Assembly (NCBI RefSeq): GCF_036971445.1
Contig: NC_091471.1
Coordinates: 348,378,001 to 348,442,000, forward strand
Direction: 5' to 3'
DNA: 64,000 nt
From: Narcine bancroftii
Taxonomy: Eukaryota
The notes under the pieces were generated by a model. The model did no database searches. It saw only the letters and a list, made by a program, of their open reading frames with translations, and was not told the DNA's origin. Both the position numbers and the translations under genes were made by a program. Below, one piece after another: positions 13,001 through 25,159 of this stretch; position 1 is the first letter of the stretch; each line of letters starts with the position of its first letter.

Positions 13001-16000
13001 TGGAGATCCTCTGGGATCGGTCCTGGGTCCACTATTGTTTGTTATATATATTAACGATCTGGAAGTAGGGGTGGAGAATTGGATAAGCAAGTTTGCGGAT
13101 GATACAAAGATTGGTGGTGTTGTGGACAGTGAGGAAGATTACCGTAGATTAAAAGGTCATTTAGGAAAGCTGGAGGTGTGGGCTGAGAAATGGCTGATGG
13201 AATTTAATACAGATAAGTGTGAGGTGTTACATTTTGGAAAGGCAAATCTAAATACGTCATATGCATTAAATGGTAGGCTATTGAGATGTGCAGAGCAACA
13301 AAGGGATTTAGGAGTTGTGGTAAATAGTATCCTCAAGGCTGATACTCAGGTAGATGGTGTGGTGAAGAAGGCATTTGGAATGTTGGCCTTCATAAATCGG
13401 AGTATTGAATTAAAGAGTAGGGAGGTTATGATGAAATTGTACAAGGCATTGGTGAGGCCAAATTTGGAGAATTATAGGAAAGATATAAACAAAATAGAGA
13501 GAGTGCAGAGAAGGTTCACGAGAATGTTGATAGGATTTCAAGGTTTGAGTTACAGGGAAAGGTTGAGTAGACTGGGGCATTTTTCTCTGGAGCGTAGAAG
13601 TTTGAGAGGGGACTTGATAGAGGTGTTTAAGATTTTAAAAAGGACAGACAGAGTAAATGTGGATAGGCTTTTTCAATTAAGAATGGGGGAGATTCAAACT
13701 AGAGGGCATGGTTTAAGATTGAAGGGGGAAATTTCTTTACGCAAAGGGTGGTAGGGATGTGGAATGAGCTTCCGGCAGACGTGGTTGAGGCGGGATCATT
13801 GGTTACATTTAAGGAATGACTGGATAGTTACATGGAGAGGAGAGGACTGGAGGGGTATGGACCTCCTAGTCAATCGGACTAGGAGGGTGTGGATTTGTTA
13901 TGGCATGGACTAGTAGGGCTGAACTGGCCTGTTCTGTGCTGTAAGTGGTTATATATAGGTTGCAAAGTGACACCGCTGCCCCTAGTTACCCAGCGCCACC
14001 TCAGGCTCCCAGCAGGAGCAGGAACGTCGGCCTCCCACTGGCAGGAGCGGTGGTAGACCCCAACTCATGATTTCACCTTACGATGCAAGTCCCAGAATGG
14101 AACCCCCTCATAAGTCAGTATGACATTTAATAGGGTTCCCCATGCAAGCCTCGTTCAGAAAGAAAGGAGACATGGAATCAAGGAGGCCTTGCTTTGTGGA
14201 TACAGAATTGGCTTGTCCAGAGAAGACACAAAGGGTGCTTGTAGTGGTGATCAGTGGTGTTCTGGAGTGACCCTTCCTCTTTGTGATTGTTTATAAATGA
14301 CCTGGGTGAAGAAATGTAAGAGTGGGTTGGGAAGGTTGTAGTAAGGGAGGGTTAGTAAGATGACATGAAGGTTGGTAGTGTTGTAGCTAGTCTGGAGGGT
14401 AAGAGGTAAGTTTTTTCACATAGAGTGGTAGGTGCATGGAATGCGCTGCTGGCAACAGTGGTAGAGGCAGGGTCAATAAACTATTTTAAGAGACTATTAG
14501 AAAGGTACATGCAACTGAGAAAAATGAAGGCTGTACATTGGGGAATTTCTAGGCAGTTCCTAGAATAGGGTATTAGGCTGGCACAACACTAGATTTCTAT
14601 GTTCTATGTGTAGAAGTGAGTAGGAATGTGTTTCAGGGAAATGTGTGGGACAGTTCCCCCTGGAGCATGGGCCAGTGGGCTGCATACCTGTGGTACAGCA
14701 TAATACTTATTTGTTATGTTTAGGAAATGTCGAGTTCCATCTATCCTTCTGGAATATTGCAGTGCTTTTTCAATTTGCCCAGAAACTCCAGGAAGAAATT
14801 CTCTCCGAGTGAGTATGAGGTCGGGAAGGGATTGATATGGGAGAGGGACAATCAAGGGTCGCTAACGAAGTGGACTTGGTCAAGCAAGGGAGTTAGCTCA
14901 GTCACAGGCACAGAAGTCGGCCTTTCAGCCATACTACCAACAAGCCTGCAGTGTTACCGGTCCCATTTACTGCACCTGGTGTGCAGCCATGCCTTGACCA
15001 GACATCCAAATATTGTGAGTCTCTATCAACCCACTCCTTTGGCAATGTGTTCCATATTCCAACCACTCTCTGGTGAAACAAAACTCCTGATCCCCTCTAA
15101 CCCTTCCCACTTTCCCTTTATAGTAAACCTAGGTTCTGTAAATATTTACACCTCTGTCCTAGCACTTGCCCTATCCACATCCCAATTGCTCCTCAGCCTC
15201 CAACACTCCAGTAAAAATGAACCCAGCCTCTTAACTGGGCAATATGCAAATCTTTGCACCTGCTAGTATCCCTCCTGTAGTGTGGTGCACACAGTCCTCT
15301 AGTTGTGGCCTCACTAAGGGTTTAGAAAGTTGCACCACGGCTTTCCTGCTCTTGTATCCTGTGCCCTGGCCAATGAAGGTGTATCCCATGTACCTTCTTC
15401 ACCACCTCATTGAGCCTGGTTCATCTTTAGTGATGTCTGGATGTACACCTGTTCCAGCTATTCATTGTATTTTCCCCACACGTGTTAGTCCTCCCAAAGT
15501 GCACCAGCTGGATTCATTTCCATCTACCATCACTCAATCCTTTTTACCAGGCTGATCAATACTCGAATCTATGCTGGCTCTCCCTAATTTTCCCCTGGCA
15601 ATCCAAATGTTAAGAGCCTCTATCTCTCACAATGCTCTCCAGCAGTTTCCTGACCAAGGATATCAGACTCACAGCAGTTACCTGTAGTTACCCAGATTAT
15701 CCTTGCAGCCCTTTTATAAAGAAGACCACATTTGCAGCGCTCCAGTCCTCAGGAATTTCTCCTGTCCTCAGCGATGAGTTAAAAATGACTACCAAGGCCC
15801 CAACCATTTCCTTCGTACCTTCCCACAATGTTCAGGATGCACCTGGTTTGGGCCTGGACATTTATCCAGCTTGATAAGATCCAAGACTATTGATGCAGTC
15901 ATGTCCTAGACTATCTAGTTACCTCCCTTCCATTCCTGGTTATCTTGCTCCACAGTAAACACATTAACAAAATATTCATTGAAAATTTACCATTTCCTCA

Positions 16001-19000
16001 AGCTCTCCAGAGACGGCCCTCCTTATCCCTAAGGGGACTTGCCTTTGTGCCCCTTTTTGTTCTTAAAAACTCTATGGATTCTCTCTTACACTGACTGCCA
16101 AAAGCACTTAAAACCTCTTTTTGCCCTTATTTCCCTCTTCACTATACTTCTACATTCTTTGTATTCCTCAGGGCATTCCCTTAAAACTGTGTCTGTATCT
16201 GATGTTTACCTCCTGACCTGTGCCTCTCTTTCTCTCGTTACCCTACTCGGAACATGTTTGTACTGGGCCTTCCTTAACACACTTAGGAATGTTGAGTTTC
16301 CATTCCTGCTCTTCCTTCAGCTAAGTCTCTGTTAGCAACAGTATTGCCACGTACTGATCCACACTCTCTTCATCTGCTTAATCAATTGTAAAAGTGCGTG
16401 CTGATGATCCTTCCATTCCTGCCATGTGCTTTGCCTGCTGCGCTGACAGATTACCTTCTGCATTTGACTGCAGACCCCTTGACTGTTCGTTCTTCTGTGC
16501 TTCATTCCCCTGCCAAATGACAAGTGGCAAACTTTCACACAAGGGTTGCTAGTCCCATTAAGGTGTTGGTGAATCCCATCTAATTTGTAACACTCACCCT
16601 TCCCCAGAACCACTCGCAGTGATCCAGAGACCTGAAACTCTCCCTCCAAGGCCTTTAGCAGCACATAAAAATGGCCTTCCATATTCCTGTACTCACTAGC
16701 ATATGGCACTGGATGTAATTCAGAGAGTATAACTTTGTCATGTTTTTTCATCCATGGCCAAGCTCTCTGAAGTGCTGTGGAGAACCTCCTCACTTGTCAA
16801 TGATGTTCTTGGAACAGATACTAAACCTGTTAGAGTTGTCCGTGGTTGCTGCAAGACTTCCCTGGCATTAGGGAGGCTACATTCAGCTGTACAGTAGCTC
16901 TGCCTATTCCCTTCTGTGTAGTGGAGATAATCATGGTGCCCTAAGCAAGGCTTTTTGCGCTCTTTCCCTCCGAGGCAATCTTTGTCCCCAGCCCTGACCA
17001 CCATGGTATATCTGAGGGGGGTGGCACAGGTAATTATGCCATCTGTGATATTCTCAGCGAGGTGGATTTCTCCATAACTCCAGCTGGGCACTGGAGACAG
17101 TCAGGAGATATTGCCTCATTTCTCATAGTGCAGGGGGAACATTCCACAGGGCCGTGTCCCACCATGGGTTAATCTGGAATGACCTCTGCACTCTGAATTA
17201 AAGAAAGCAACTCGTTACATAAGGGATGTGTTCTTCACTCAGCACATTGTGCAGCAAAGCCCTGATCTTTTACAGTGAATGAAAGCAGTAAAAGGAAATG
17301 CCCAGCAAATGGTTCTTGACCAAGACTGCCCTTCACACCCTTCCCTTCCTGCTCCAGACCCTTCACTCTCCAACACCACTGATTTGTGTGTGAGTGGAAC
17401 TGCTCCTTCCTGCATTCAGTCAGCTGATTGATTGGCCTTGATGACAGCACCTGATGGTGAATGGTAGGGGGTTCAAGGCAATGAGACGAGACCTGACCTT
17501 GCTTGCATTTCTTTGGCAGTCTTCAGTCCCTGAACCCTCACCAGACACAAACCTGGGACTTCATGGCCAGGCGGGAGCTGGAAGTGGGCAGTGGGGCAGC
17601 GGACCCTCACCCACAACAGAAGCCAGCAGCTGCCAAGGAGCTAGAAAGGCGAGAGCAGTGTTGCTGGGCTGTGTACGATCAAGCTGTGGTGTCTGTACCA
17701 ACAGGTGGGTGCTGGTGGAGGGGTGCTGGGGGGGGAAGGGTAGGAATTAGGAGGGAGAATTGAGCCTGAGTTGGATGAAAAAGAGGGATTTGCGGAGGGA
17801 TGGGCAAGGGAAAGGGGGGATGGGGAGAGATGGGCAAGGGGAAAAGGGGGGGTGGGAAGATGTGGGCGGGGGATGAGGGAGTGGTGGGAGAGACGGTCAG
17901 AGAAAGGGGGCAGGGAGAGAAGGGAGGACAGTGAGAGATGGGCAGGGGAGGGGAGATTGGGAAAGATGAGCAGGGAAGGGGGCAGGAAAAGTGGTGGGGG
18001 AGTCAGGAAGGGGGGGTGGGGAAAGTCGGAATCTGGGGCGAAATGGGGACAGGGAGTGGGCTGCTTGTATGGCAGAGGCCAGCTGGTGAACTTGACCTGT
18101 GGCGGCTCCTCCTGCAGAAGCCATGTGGAAATGTTACATCACCTTCTGCCTGGAGCGACTCCAACGGAAAACTAACAAAGCAGCTCTGCGAGAGAAGGTG
18201 AGGCCAAAAGCAGCCACCTTCCACGCCCTCTCTCCTTCACTCCCCCGCCATATCCCTTGTACGTAGTGTGCACTGCGTGTGGGTCCTGTTTCATTCCCTG
18301 CCTCCTCTGTGTTCCAGAGGCTGCAGCAGGTGTTGTCGGTGTTTGAACGTGCGAAGGAAGCCTCCCTTCTGCCCCAAGCTCTCATCAAACCATGGGTGAG
18401 CTACAAACATAGGGAGGGGAAGGGAGTGGTGTGGGGGGAGGAGATGGATGTAGGAGAGGGGCATTGTGGGAGGGATGGGCGCAGGGATAGGGAGGGTAGT
18501 TCCTGTGGAGATGGTGGTCGTGAATGGCATCGGGGTGGGCTGACCTGATTGTAAGCTCTGATCTTCTGCAGCTTAGCTTACTGGTGGAATGTGGTGCCAG
18601 GGACAAGGCTGTAGAAGTGGTGGAGACTGCCTGCAACGGATTTGGCAGCAGCCTGGAGGCCTGGCAGGGCAGCCTGGAGGTTTTAATGGAGCTGCAGAGT
18701 CCGGGTGTGAGCGGCCTCATCCAGAAGGCCTTCCACAAGGTTCCCCCCACGGTGAGTAATATCCTGCTTTCAAATGTTACAGGTGGAAGGTTCACACTGG
18801 GAGAGAGGCAATGGTTGGGATAGGAAAGTGGGAAATGAATTTTAATCCAGAGATGTGTGGGATGAAGCGTTTGGCGAGGTGAAACAGACAAGGGAATGGA
18901 CAATAATGGGAGGATACTAAGAAGTATGGAGGCTGCTGCCTGAGTGGATGATGGATGCACACCCTTCCCATTGTATGAGCCCAAGGTCTGACTTGGTGTT

Positions 19001-21884
19001 GGAATGTTGGATGGGTTTGGGCGAGCACAGGTTCTCTGATCCCCTGATCAGCTATGCTGCTGGTGACCAGGAAGCAAGGAGGGGAAGCCTCCTGAGACTT
19101 TCATGTCCAGTGGCCATCTTACTCCCCAGTAATGTTTAAAGTTTGTCCTTCTCCTCTCTTCCCCCACCCCCCACCCCCCCGGCTCAGATGGTTAAATGGG
19201 CCATTCAGACCCAAGCTGAGCAAGCTGGGAACGCCATACAGCTCGATGGGAAGATGAGGTTGCTTTCTCCAGCCCTGCCAACCTGTCAGCCAGTGCCGTT
19301 TGCTGCTGACCTCGGTTGTTCTCCACACATCTCGCTGTGGGACGGGGTCTGCGGTGTGACCTGTGCTCCAGTACGGTGGAAGGCAAGTGCTGTGTCATAC
19401 ATGCAAAGCTTTCCACTTGGGTCAAAATTTAACCCCTGTGTCCTGGTATTTCTGTATGTTGCCCCTTGCCAGTTTCAATTGAGTTTTTGGTTCTGCCAGA
19501 TGTGAATTAGAAATCATGTTCATTTTGGGCTCTGACCCAAGAGTGGCCTTTTCTTCCCCAACCTTGGTCACTTCTAGTTGGAGTGAAAACACACACAGTG
19601 CTGGAGAGTCTCAGCAGATCAAACAGTGTCCTTTATGCAGCAAAGGTAGAGAACCATGTGATGTTTCGGGCTCGAGCCCTTCATCTAGTTGTTGGAATTT
19701 TGCTGAACTAGGCTTGCTCTTCAGCTTTGACCTCCTTCGGCAGGTGAAGTCACTGTACGTCTGTCTGGTTGGTGTGAGAAGTGACTAGTCAGCCTCCCTG
19801 CTCTGGTGATCGGTCAGTAGTCTCACTGAAAGTTGCTCAGTTTGGGTTTCCATCCCTTTCATTCTCTGCCTTCCTGTTGCAGGACAGTTTGCCGTTGTGG
19901 CTTCTCTATCTGAAGTGGAGTGAATCGACATGCAGTGCTAATGAGACACAGGCTCTCTATCAGGTAGGCTCCTGTCTGACTGAACTTTTGAGTTGCTCTC
20001 AGCTGTGCAAGTGCTCAACTACATTGTGGTTGTGCCCACAGCGAGCCCTACGGACGCAAATCCCGGCCATCTCCATAACTGTGAAAGAGCATTACCTGGA
20101 CTGGGCCCAGAGGACAGGAGGCTACAGGAAAGCACGGAAGGTGTTTACCAGGTATTCCCTGGGTGCATTGCATGGCCTGCTTCCTGCTGGGGTTTCTTTC
20201 AGGTGGGCTGTGGGGTGCTCTTTCCCTCTGCCGGTGACTGAGGTTCTGTGGCGTGGTCCGGCATGAGATGGATGGTCTGGGGGCTGAGTGTAAAAGTAAT
20301 AGCCAGACAGATGGAAGTGGGGTTTGGGCAGGAAGGCATTATCATTCTGGAGGCTTCAAAAACAGGAATTACACCTCAATGGAGCATAATCCCTGGGGAT
20401 GGGGAGAGAGCATGGTAAACCACTTTGGCACTGAGGTGTGTGATGAGAACAGGGTGCAAGACGATCGGGGGCAGACCAAGACTGTAGAAGCAGGCTCAGA
20501 GCATGAACATGATTCAGAGGGTAGTGACTCTGCAGTGGCAGTTAGGCTGATGGGGTTGTAGTGTTCTTGCAGTAGAGGTCTGGCTGAGAAAAGGGCTGCC
20601 ACAGGTCCAAGTACTCTTGGATAGGAGTTTCAGGAAGGAAGGGTGTTGGAGGGGAGGATGTGCTGGCACAATAGGGTAGGACCTCTATTTTACAGGTGAG
20701 AAGCAAAGGTTGCTCTGCCAGGGAGATGACAATGGGAACTATGAGGAGGAAGAGGAGGTGGGGAAGCAGACTTGGAGGGGTCCAGCAAGAAGGACACGGC
20801 CTGTTTGGAGTGCGTTGGGAACTGGTGGGATCTACATTGTGCTGTGGGAAGATTCTGTGTTCCCCAGTGTGGCAGAGGGCTGGACTGCTGTCAGGTTTAA
20901 CATAAGAATGGCCTCCATTCACTGTGTGAGTGACTGGATAACGGTATCTCCAGGGAGGACGTGCCAGTGAAGCAGGCATTCACACAGAGTTCTCCCTCAC
21001 TCTGTTCCAGGCTCCACGAGCACAGGCCCATTTCCCTGGAGTTCTTCACAAAAATGATCGCCATTGAGAAAGACCAGGTAAGCTCCGGGGGAGGGGGAGT
21101 GCAGCTGTGGAGGAGGTGGGGCTACGGAAGGGTGTTGGGGGAATGGAGGAGGGGGAGTAGGGCTATGGAAGGAGGTGAGGGGAAGACAGGTAAGAACCAT
21201 TGTGACAAGGGAGGTGTGATATCCCTGCAGGACAGTGGACACATGCCGCGGCTGAGGGAACTGTATGAACGAGCACTCCACGAGTTTGGATCCAGGCATG
21301 CAGGTGAGGGTCTCCCTGTCAGTCAGTAGCCCCACGTCTCTCTGATCCTCATCCCTCTTGACCCACCCCCCTCCCGTTTACCTCTCTTTTCCTTCTCCCC
21401 CTCCCAGTTCCCCTTCCCCCCATTCCTCTCTCCCCACCCCCCCATTCCTCTCTCCCCACCTCATCACCATTCACCCTCTTCCTTTCCCTCTTCTTCCTCC
21501 CCATTTCCTGTTCCCCTTCCCCCTCCCACTTTCCAGACCCCTTCTCCACTTTCTCTCTCCCCTTCTTCTCCCAACCCTCCTTCCCCACCCCACCCCCCCC
21601 CCCCCCATTTCCTGACTTCCCTTCTCCGTCCTCTCCCACTCCCCCCCCCCCCCCACCCTTTTATGGAGAAGCTCCAGGCTGCGATCAGGAAGTTTGCACA
21701 GACTGACTGCCATCTTTTCTCTGCAGATCTCTGGCTACAATACATCATGGAGGAGCGGAGCCACAGACAGGGCAAGGCTGAACTCACAGGGCAGATCTAC
21801 TGGCGAGCAATGAAGATGCTGCAGGGGCTGGAGGTGGAGAAGTTTGTATCCCAGTACACACTTCTACAGACGGGGCACCTGTAG
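980..21884 (+). CDS. UTP6: U3 snoRNA-associated protein 6 (HAT-repeat SSU processome subunit), multi-exon, 5'-partial (exons 2-19)
   Basis: 18 exons with canonical AG/GT ends and consistent phases (1708 coding nt including stop). Translation matches UTP6 motifs recalled from the human protein: ALWIMAAKWEMED, LFLRALRFHP, YFRMELMHAEK, EAMWKCYITFCLER, GQIYWRAMKMLQG, QTGHL*. Confidence 0.97.
1111..1915. repeat. 23-bp minisatellite, 35 copies (CACCCACTCCTCACCTGTAGCGG) in UTP6 intron 2
   Basis: Perfect tandem copies; only the last two carry a C>T change. Confidence 0.98.
1908..2230. mobile_element. short solo-LTR-like element
   Basis: TG...CA ends, near-TSD CACC/CACT, AATAAA on the minus strand. 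Confidence 0.45.
2284..2325 (+). CDS. UTP6: UTP6 exon 3
   Basis: cag| YEINFLELVKKRRV |gtaagt. Confidence 0.92.
2425..2517 (+). CDS. UTP6: UTP6 exon 4
   Basis: cag| RTGYHFKKEEIEYAVVNWVHGLFQRALSRWK |gtaggg. Confidence 0.93.
2686..3180. mobile_element. Tc1/pogo (Tigger-like) non-autonomous DNA transposon
   Basis: Imperfect TIRs CGGTACAACTCTGATT / AATCAGAGTTGCACTG, TA at the right end. Confidence 0.55.
3257..3304 (+). CDS. UTP6: UTP6 exon 5
   Basis: cag| GDIQLWLSHIAFCKKW |gtaaga. Confidence 0.93.
3495..3558 (+). CDS. UTP6: UTP6 exon 6
   Basis: cag| NAKFKLSKVFSAMLAIHPDKP |gtgagc. Confidence 0.94.
5001..5985 (-). mobile_element. solo LTR with 4-bp TSD GAGG
   Basis: GAGG|TGTTG...TCACA|GAGG; homologous (inverted) to 26087-27252. 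Confidence 0.85.
6918..7245 (+). mobile_element. Penelope-derived palindromic repeat with hammerhead relics
   Basis: TGGAGAAACTCAGCAGGTCA ... TGACCTGCTGAGTTTCTCCA inverted arms; GAAGGGC-N-GCC(C/T)GAAA motifs. Confidence 0.6.
7254..7635. mobile_element. hAT-like MITE
   Basis: TIRs CAGTGGTTTTCAAACTGCCCCCC / GGGGGGCAATTTGTAAACCACTG; internal palindromes. Confidence 0.7.
8250..8368 (+). CDS. UTP6: UTP6 exon 7
   Basis: cag| ALWIMAAKWEMEDKLSSENARHLFLRALRFHPESQKLYQE |gtaggt. Confidence 0.96.
9173..9250 (+). CDS. UTP6: UTP6 exon 8
   Basis: cag| YFRMELMHAEKIQKEKEILKKAKLEL |gtatgg. Confidence 0.94.
9305..10215 (+). mobile_element. Penelope-like element relic (GIY-YIG endonuclease end plus terminal repeat)
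   Basis: Decayed IYCIQC..CGLLCIGET..RL..FVEH...DLPVATHFN...EQHLVFHL; flanked by the GGAGAAACTCAGC / GCTGAGTTTCTCC arms. Confidence 0.7.
9775..9935. repeat. about 30-bp pyrimidine-rich tandem repeat
   Basis: CCCAGCACCCCACCCCTTCCCTCTCCTTTC, about 5 copies. Confidence 0.85.
10264..10345 (+). CDS. UTP6: UTP6 exon 9
   Basis: cag| DDAAGPEEIISGELARVVYKNAIQKIS |gtgagg. Confidence 0.92.
10400..11600 (+). mobile_element. CR1 fragment with a nested antisense Rex1/Babar-type 3' end (about 11163-11510)
   Basis: CR1 remnants (IKENLKAFY, NEYFASVFT); the minus strand reads KKAAPILKNPHHPSHAPFTLLPSGSMYRSL. Confidence 0.7.
12293..13960 (+). mobile_element. younger 5'-truncated CR1 LINE (RT domain, frameshifted)
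   Basis: ORFs 12526-12834 and 12750-13754: [57 protein letters not shown]. Confidence 0.93.
14724..14808 (+). CDS. UTP6: UTP6 exon 10
   Basis: tag| GNVEFHLSFWNIAVLFQFAQKLQEEILS |gtgagt. Confidence 0.9.
14940..17170 (-). mobile_element. old degenerate CR1 (ORF2 and ORF1 remnants)
   Basis: Decayed CR1-like segments on minus, including ORF1-type KVILSELHPVPYASEYRN. Confidence 0.55.
17520..17704 (+). CDS. UTP6: UTP6 exon 11
   Basis: cag| LQSLNPHQTQTWDFMARRELE...CCWAVYDQAVVSVPT |gtgggt. Confidence 0.93.
18118..18197 (+). CDS. UTP6: UTP6 exon 12
   Basis: cag| EAMWKCYITFCLERLQRKTNKAALREK |gtgagg. Confidence 0.94.
18318..18395 (+). CDS. UTP6: UTP6 exon 13
   Basis: cag| RLQQVLSVFERAKEASLLPQALIKPW |gtgagc. 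Confidence 0.92.
18572..18751 (+). CDS. UTP6: UTP6 exon 14
   Basis: cag| LSLLVECGARDKAVEVV...KAFHKVPPT |gtgagt. Confidence 0.9.
19883..19963 (+). CDS. UTP6: UTP6 exon 15
   Basis: cag| DSLPLWLLYLKWSESTCSANETQALYQ |gtaggc. Confidence 0.92.
20042..20151 (+). CDS. UTP6: UTP6 exon 16
   Basis: cag| RALRTQIPAISITVKEHYLDWAQRTGGYRKARKVFT |gtattc. Confidence 0.93.
21011..21077 (+). CDS. UTP6: UTP6 exon 17
   Basis: cag| LHEHRPISLEFFTKMIAIEKDQ |gtaagc. Confidence 0.93.
21231..21303 (+). CDS. UTP6: UTP6 exon 18
   Basis: cag| DSGHMPRLRELYERALHEFGSRHA |gtgagg. Confidence 0.93.
21727..21884 (+). CDS. UTP6: UTP6 exon 19 (last coding)
   Basis: cag| DLWLQYIMEE...GQIYWRAMKMLQG...LLQTGHL TAG. Confidence 0.95.
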
Positions 21885-22019
21885 TCAGCTTGGCTCACTA
21901 ACCCCCTCCCTTCACCACTGGACACATGTCTCCTGTCTGGGCTGCCAACTGACCTGTGGGTATGATCCAGGGTTGTACCTCTGGGGAGTTGTTGTCATCT
22001 GTAAATGGACAGATAAAGT

Positions 22020-22635
22020 TTCTTTTTCAATATTTTTATTGAATTTTATTTAATACTACATCCATAAAGGAATGATGCCTAAAACTAATACAACTGTAAT
22101 AGAGCAAACACAATGTCAGAGAAAAAAAATTCTTATGTAATAGTATTATACATTTTTAAAAAATGAAAAGAGGAAAAAAATATCAACTAATCTAAATCCC
22201 AAACTGCATGGCAATGTAGAAAAAAAAACTGCCAATTGAAATAAGAAGAAATGCATTAATCACAAAAAACATTGGAGGTTGTGAAAATAATTCAAAAAAG
22301 AACCTCAAAAATTGGGCTAGTTTAAATTTTCCCCAAGGTTAAATATGTCATGACATCATATAACCATTGATTGAGTGGGTTGGGCAGCATCTTTCCATCT
22401 GCTCCAAATAACTCATCTTGCAATAAGAGAAGCAAAGGCTAATACATTGAAATGAAGACAATCTCACTACTTTCTGTTGAACCATCCCAAACAAGGCCAC
22501 CAACGGGTCTGGTGCTAGGTTAACGTTAAAGTACGAACAACCTCTTCCCAATACCTGGCGAGGGTTAAACAAGACCAAAACATATGATCTGTCCTCATTC
22601 TTACATCTGTCACAGAAAGAGCTAATATTAAGATA
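22020..22635 (-). mobile_element. L1/Tx1-clade 3' fragment
   Basis: Minus strand CDRCKNE zinc-knuckle remnant, PDPLVALFG, T-rich tail at 22020. Confidence 0.55.
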
Positions 22636-22636
22636 A

Positions 22637-23050
22637 ATGGAGAGGGTACAGAGGAGATTTATAAGGATGCTGCCTGGAATGGGAAACAAGTCTTATGAGG
22701 CAAGGTTAGCAGAGCTGGGTCTTTTCCCTTTGGAGCGGAGAAGGATGAGGGGAGACTTGATGGAAGTCTACAAGATTATGGGAGGCTTAGATAGGATGGA
22801 CAGCCAGCACCTGTTTCCTAGGACAGGATCAGCAAACACCAGAGGATGTATGTACAAAGTTAAGGGAGGGAAATTTAGGGGAGACATCAGGGATGTTTTT
22901 TAAAAAAAAAACGCAGAGAGTTGAGGTGCCTGGAATGCCTTGCTGGGGATGGTGGTGGAGACTGAAACATTGGGGGAATTTAGAGAGAGACACATGGATG
23001 AAAGGAAAATAGAGGGTTATGGGCCTGTACTGGGCTGTATTGTTCTATAT
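22637..23050 (+). mobile_element. CR1 3' end
   Basis: [14 protein letters not shown]...LERRRMRGDL; TTCTATAT tail. Confidence 0.85.
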
Positions 23051-23208
23051 GGTCACTGCCTCCAAAGGGTCCCCTTACCTTTAGTTCCCTACCAAATCTG
23101 CTTCAGCTGTACAAAGCCATCCCACAAGCATTATATAATTCCCTTTCCATGGGATCCAGCACCAACCAACCTGCTCATTGAAATCCCCATAACTGCCAGA
23201 ACCTTGCC

Positions 23209-23510
23209 TTTTTTAAAAAAAACTTTATTCAAACTACATTACAAACACAAAACACACATCGACCTACAACTCAAACCAAAAACCACCATAACATGTAGCA
23301 ACAAAACCATGAGATGCAGTAATCACAACCACCTCTCTATTACAGTATTACACATCTTTTTAAAACACTATTTTTGTCATCAACCACACAAGCAATCTCA
23401 CGGGGGTGCCCACCATTCCCTGAACTCGGCCACCGTCACCTCGGACAGCGTGTGTTCCTGCTCCAACATCGCACTGTCCCAGACATTTCCCCGAAAGAGA
23501 GGCAGGCAGT
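23209..23510 (-). mobile_element. Tx1-like LINE 3' end
   Basis: LEQEHTLSEVTVAEFREWWAP*, followed by AATAAA and an A/T tail. Confidence 0.55.
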
Positions 23511-23579
23511 CAGCTCTCCCCACACCCTCAATTTGTCTGTGTATAACTCCCATCAGGGTGTTTACCCCTTGCACTTTAG

Positions 23580-23985
23580 AACAATAGAACATTGCATCAC
23601 AGAAACAGGCCCTTCAGCCCAAATATTTTGCCTCGTCCCACTGACCTGCACCAATCCATAGCCTTCCATATCTCTCCCATCCATGTACTCTACTTGCCCA
23701 AATTTGTCTTAAATGTTCAAATGAATCCTGCATTCACCACTTCAGCTGGCAGTTCGTCCCACACTCCCACTACTCTGTGAAGAAGTTCCTCCTCATGTTC
23801 CCCTTAAACTTTCCCTGTTTCACCCTTAACCCATGTCCTCTCACCTACCCTCAGTGGAAAAAGGCCATCTACATTTACTCTGTCTCTCCCCCTCATAATT
23901 TTAAAAACTTCTATCGAATCTCCCTTCATTCTTCTACACTCCAGGGAATAAAGTCCTAACTTTCCCATTAACTCATTTTCTAAAG
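23580..23985 (-). mobile_element. CR1 3' end
   Basis: LGLYSLECRRMKGDSIEVFKIM. Confidence 0.8.
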
Positions 23986-25159
23986 TCAAGGTTTCTTAAT
24001 TCTACCCACAGGGATCCAATGTCTCCACTCTCCAAGGATTTGCTTCCAATTTTTACCAACCTGCCTGTTCTGTCGATATATCGTCGATCTACAACAGGGT
24101 TTCCCAGCCATTTTAGCTCACAGAATCCTTTTAGGGAACACATGGAAAAGGTGAAACTAATCTTCATGTATAGTTTGCAGAAGTACAGTGCTCCCTTGTT
24201 ATTAAATAATTAGAAACATCCCCGCAAGTAATGATAATAAGAGATAAATAAAAGAATTTACTTTGTGTTCGAACAAAAGTTGAAACGAGTATGATTTTAG
24301 AATTAATCTTTTTACTTTTAATTTTAAATAATGCATGTGTAAATATACAAAGGGATAAAAAAGTGGTATCTATACTTTTCATCATTTTATATATTTACAT
24401 GTGCATTATTTAAATTTATAAACAAAAAGATTAATTCCCAAATAACTGGAGCCCCCAGGGAAATCCCATGCAGACACAGGGAGAATGTACAATGACAGCA
24501 GTTTCAAACCCCAGTTCCGATCACTGGCACTTGAAACGCACAGGTGTTGCTTTAACTGCTACGCAGAGAACATCCAAACTCCAGTGCAGGATTCAAACCC
24601 TGGTCCCTATTGTTGGCGCTGTAGAGGCATTGCACTAACCACTACACCAACCATGCTGCCCCATTAAAAAGAATTAAAATGTGTCCACTTTTGCATGATT
24701 TGGTATACAAAAAAGTATGGTAAGAAAGTAAATAAACTTACCATTCTCCAAGTTGAAATTATTTGTTGCTGTCACAGATCTTCTTAATGTTGGGCACAAT
24801 ATGGCCAGCTCCTTCACGGTAGAAGAATTCAGATTCTCATCGGTTAAAAATGATGTACAGGCTTGACACCTGCACTGCTAATTTCAGGCCTCATGACGCC
24901 CTTTTTTTTGGGTGGAGTGTACAATTTGCTGCCGTCCCACAAATAAATTGAATTACGGCAGAAGAAATAAGTAAATTAAAGAAAAACACATACTAAGTTA
25001 TTACTCCTTGTCACTTCTCCACGGACTCCAGTTTGGGAAACTCTAATCTACAAGATCATTTTGTTCCTCACACTGTATATGCATTTATTGTACATGCATC
25101 CCCATAGAACTGGTTAAATTCTTATCCTGATGCCTGCCATGTTGCCAAATTGCATGCCT

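Noticed and set aside
12526-13754. Host or domesticated reverse transcriptase gene
   Set aside because: Ordinary CR1 ORF2 with a frameshift, an internal deletion and 5' truncation.
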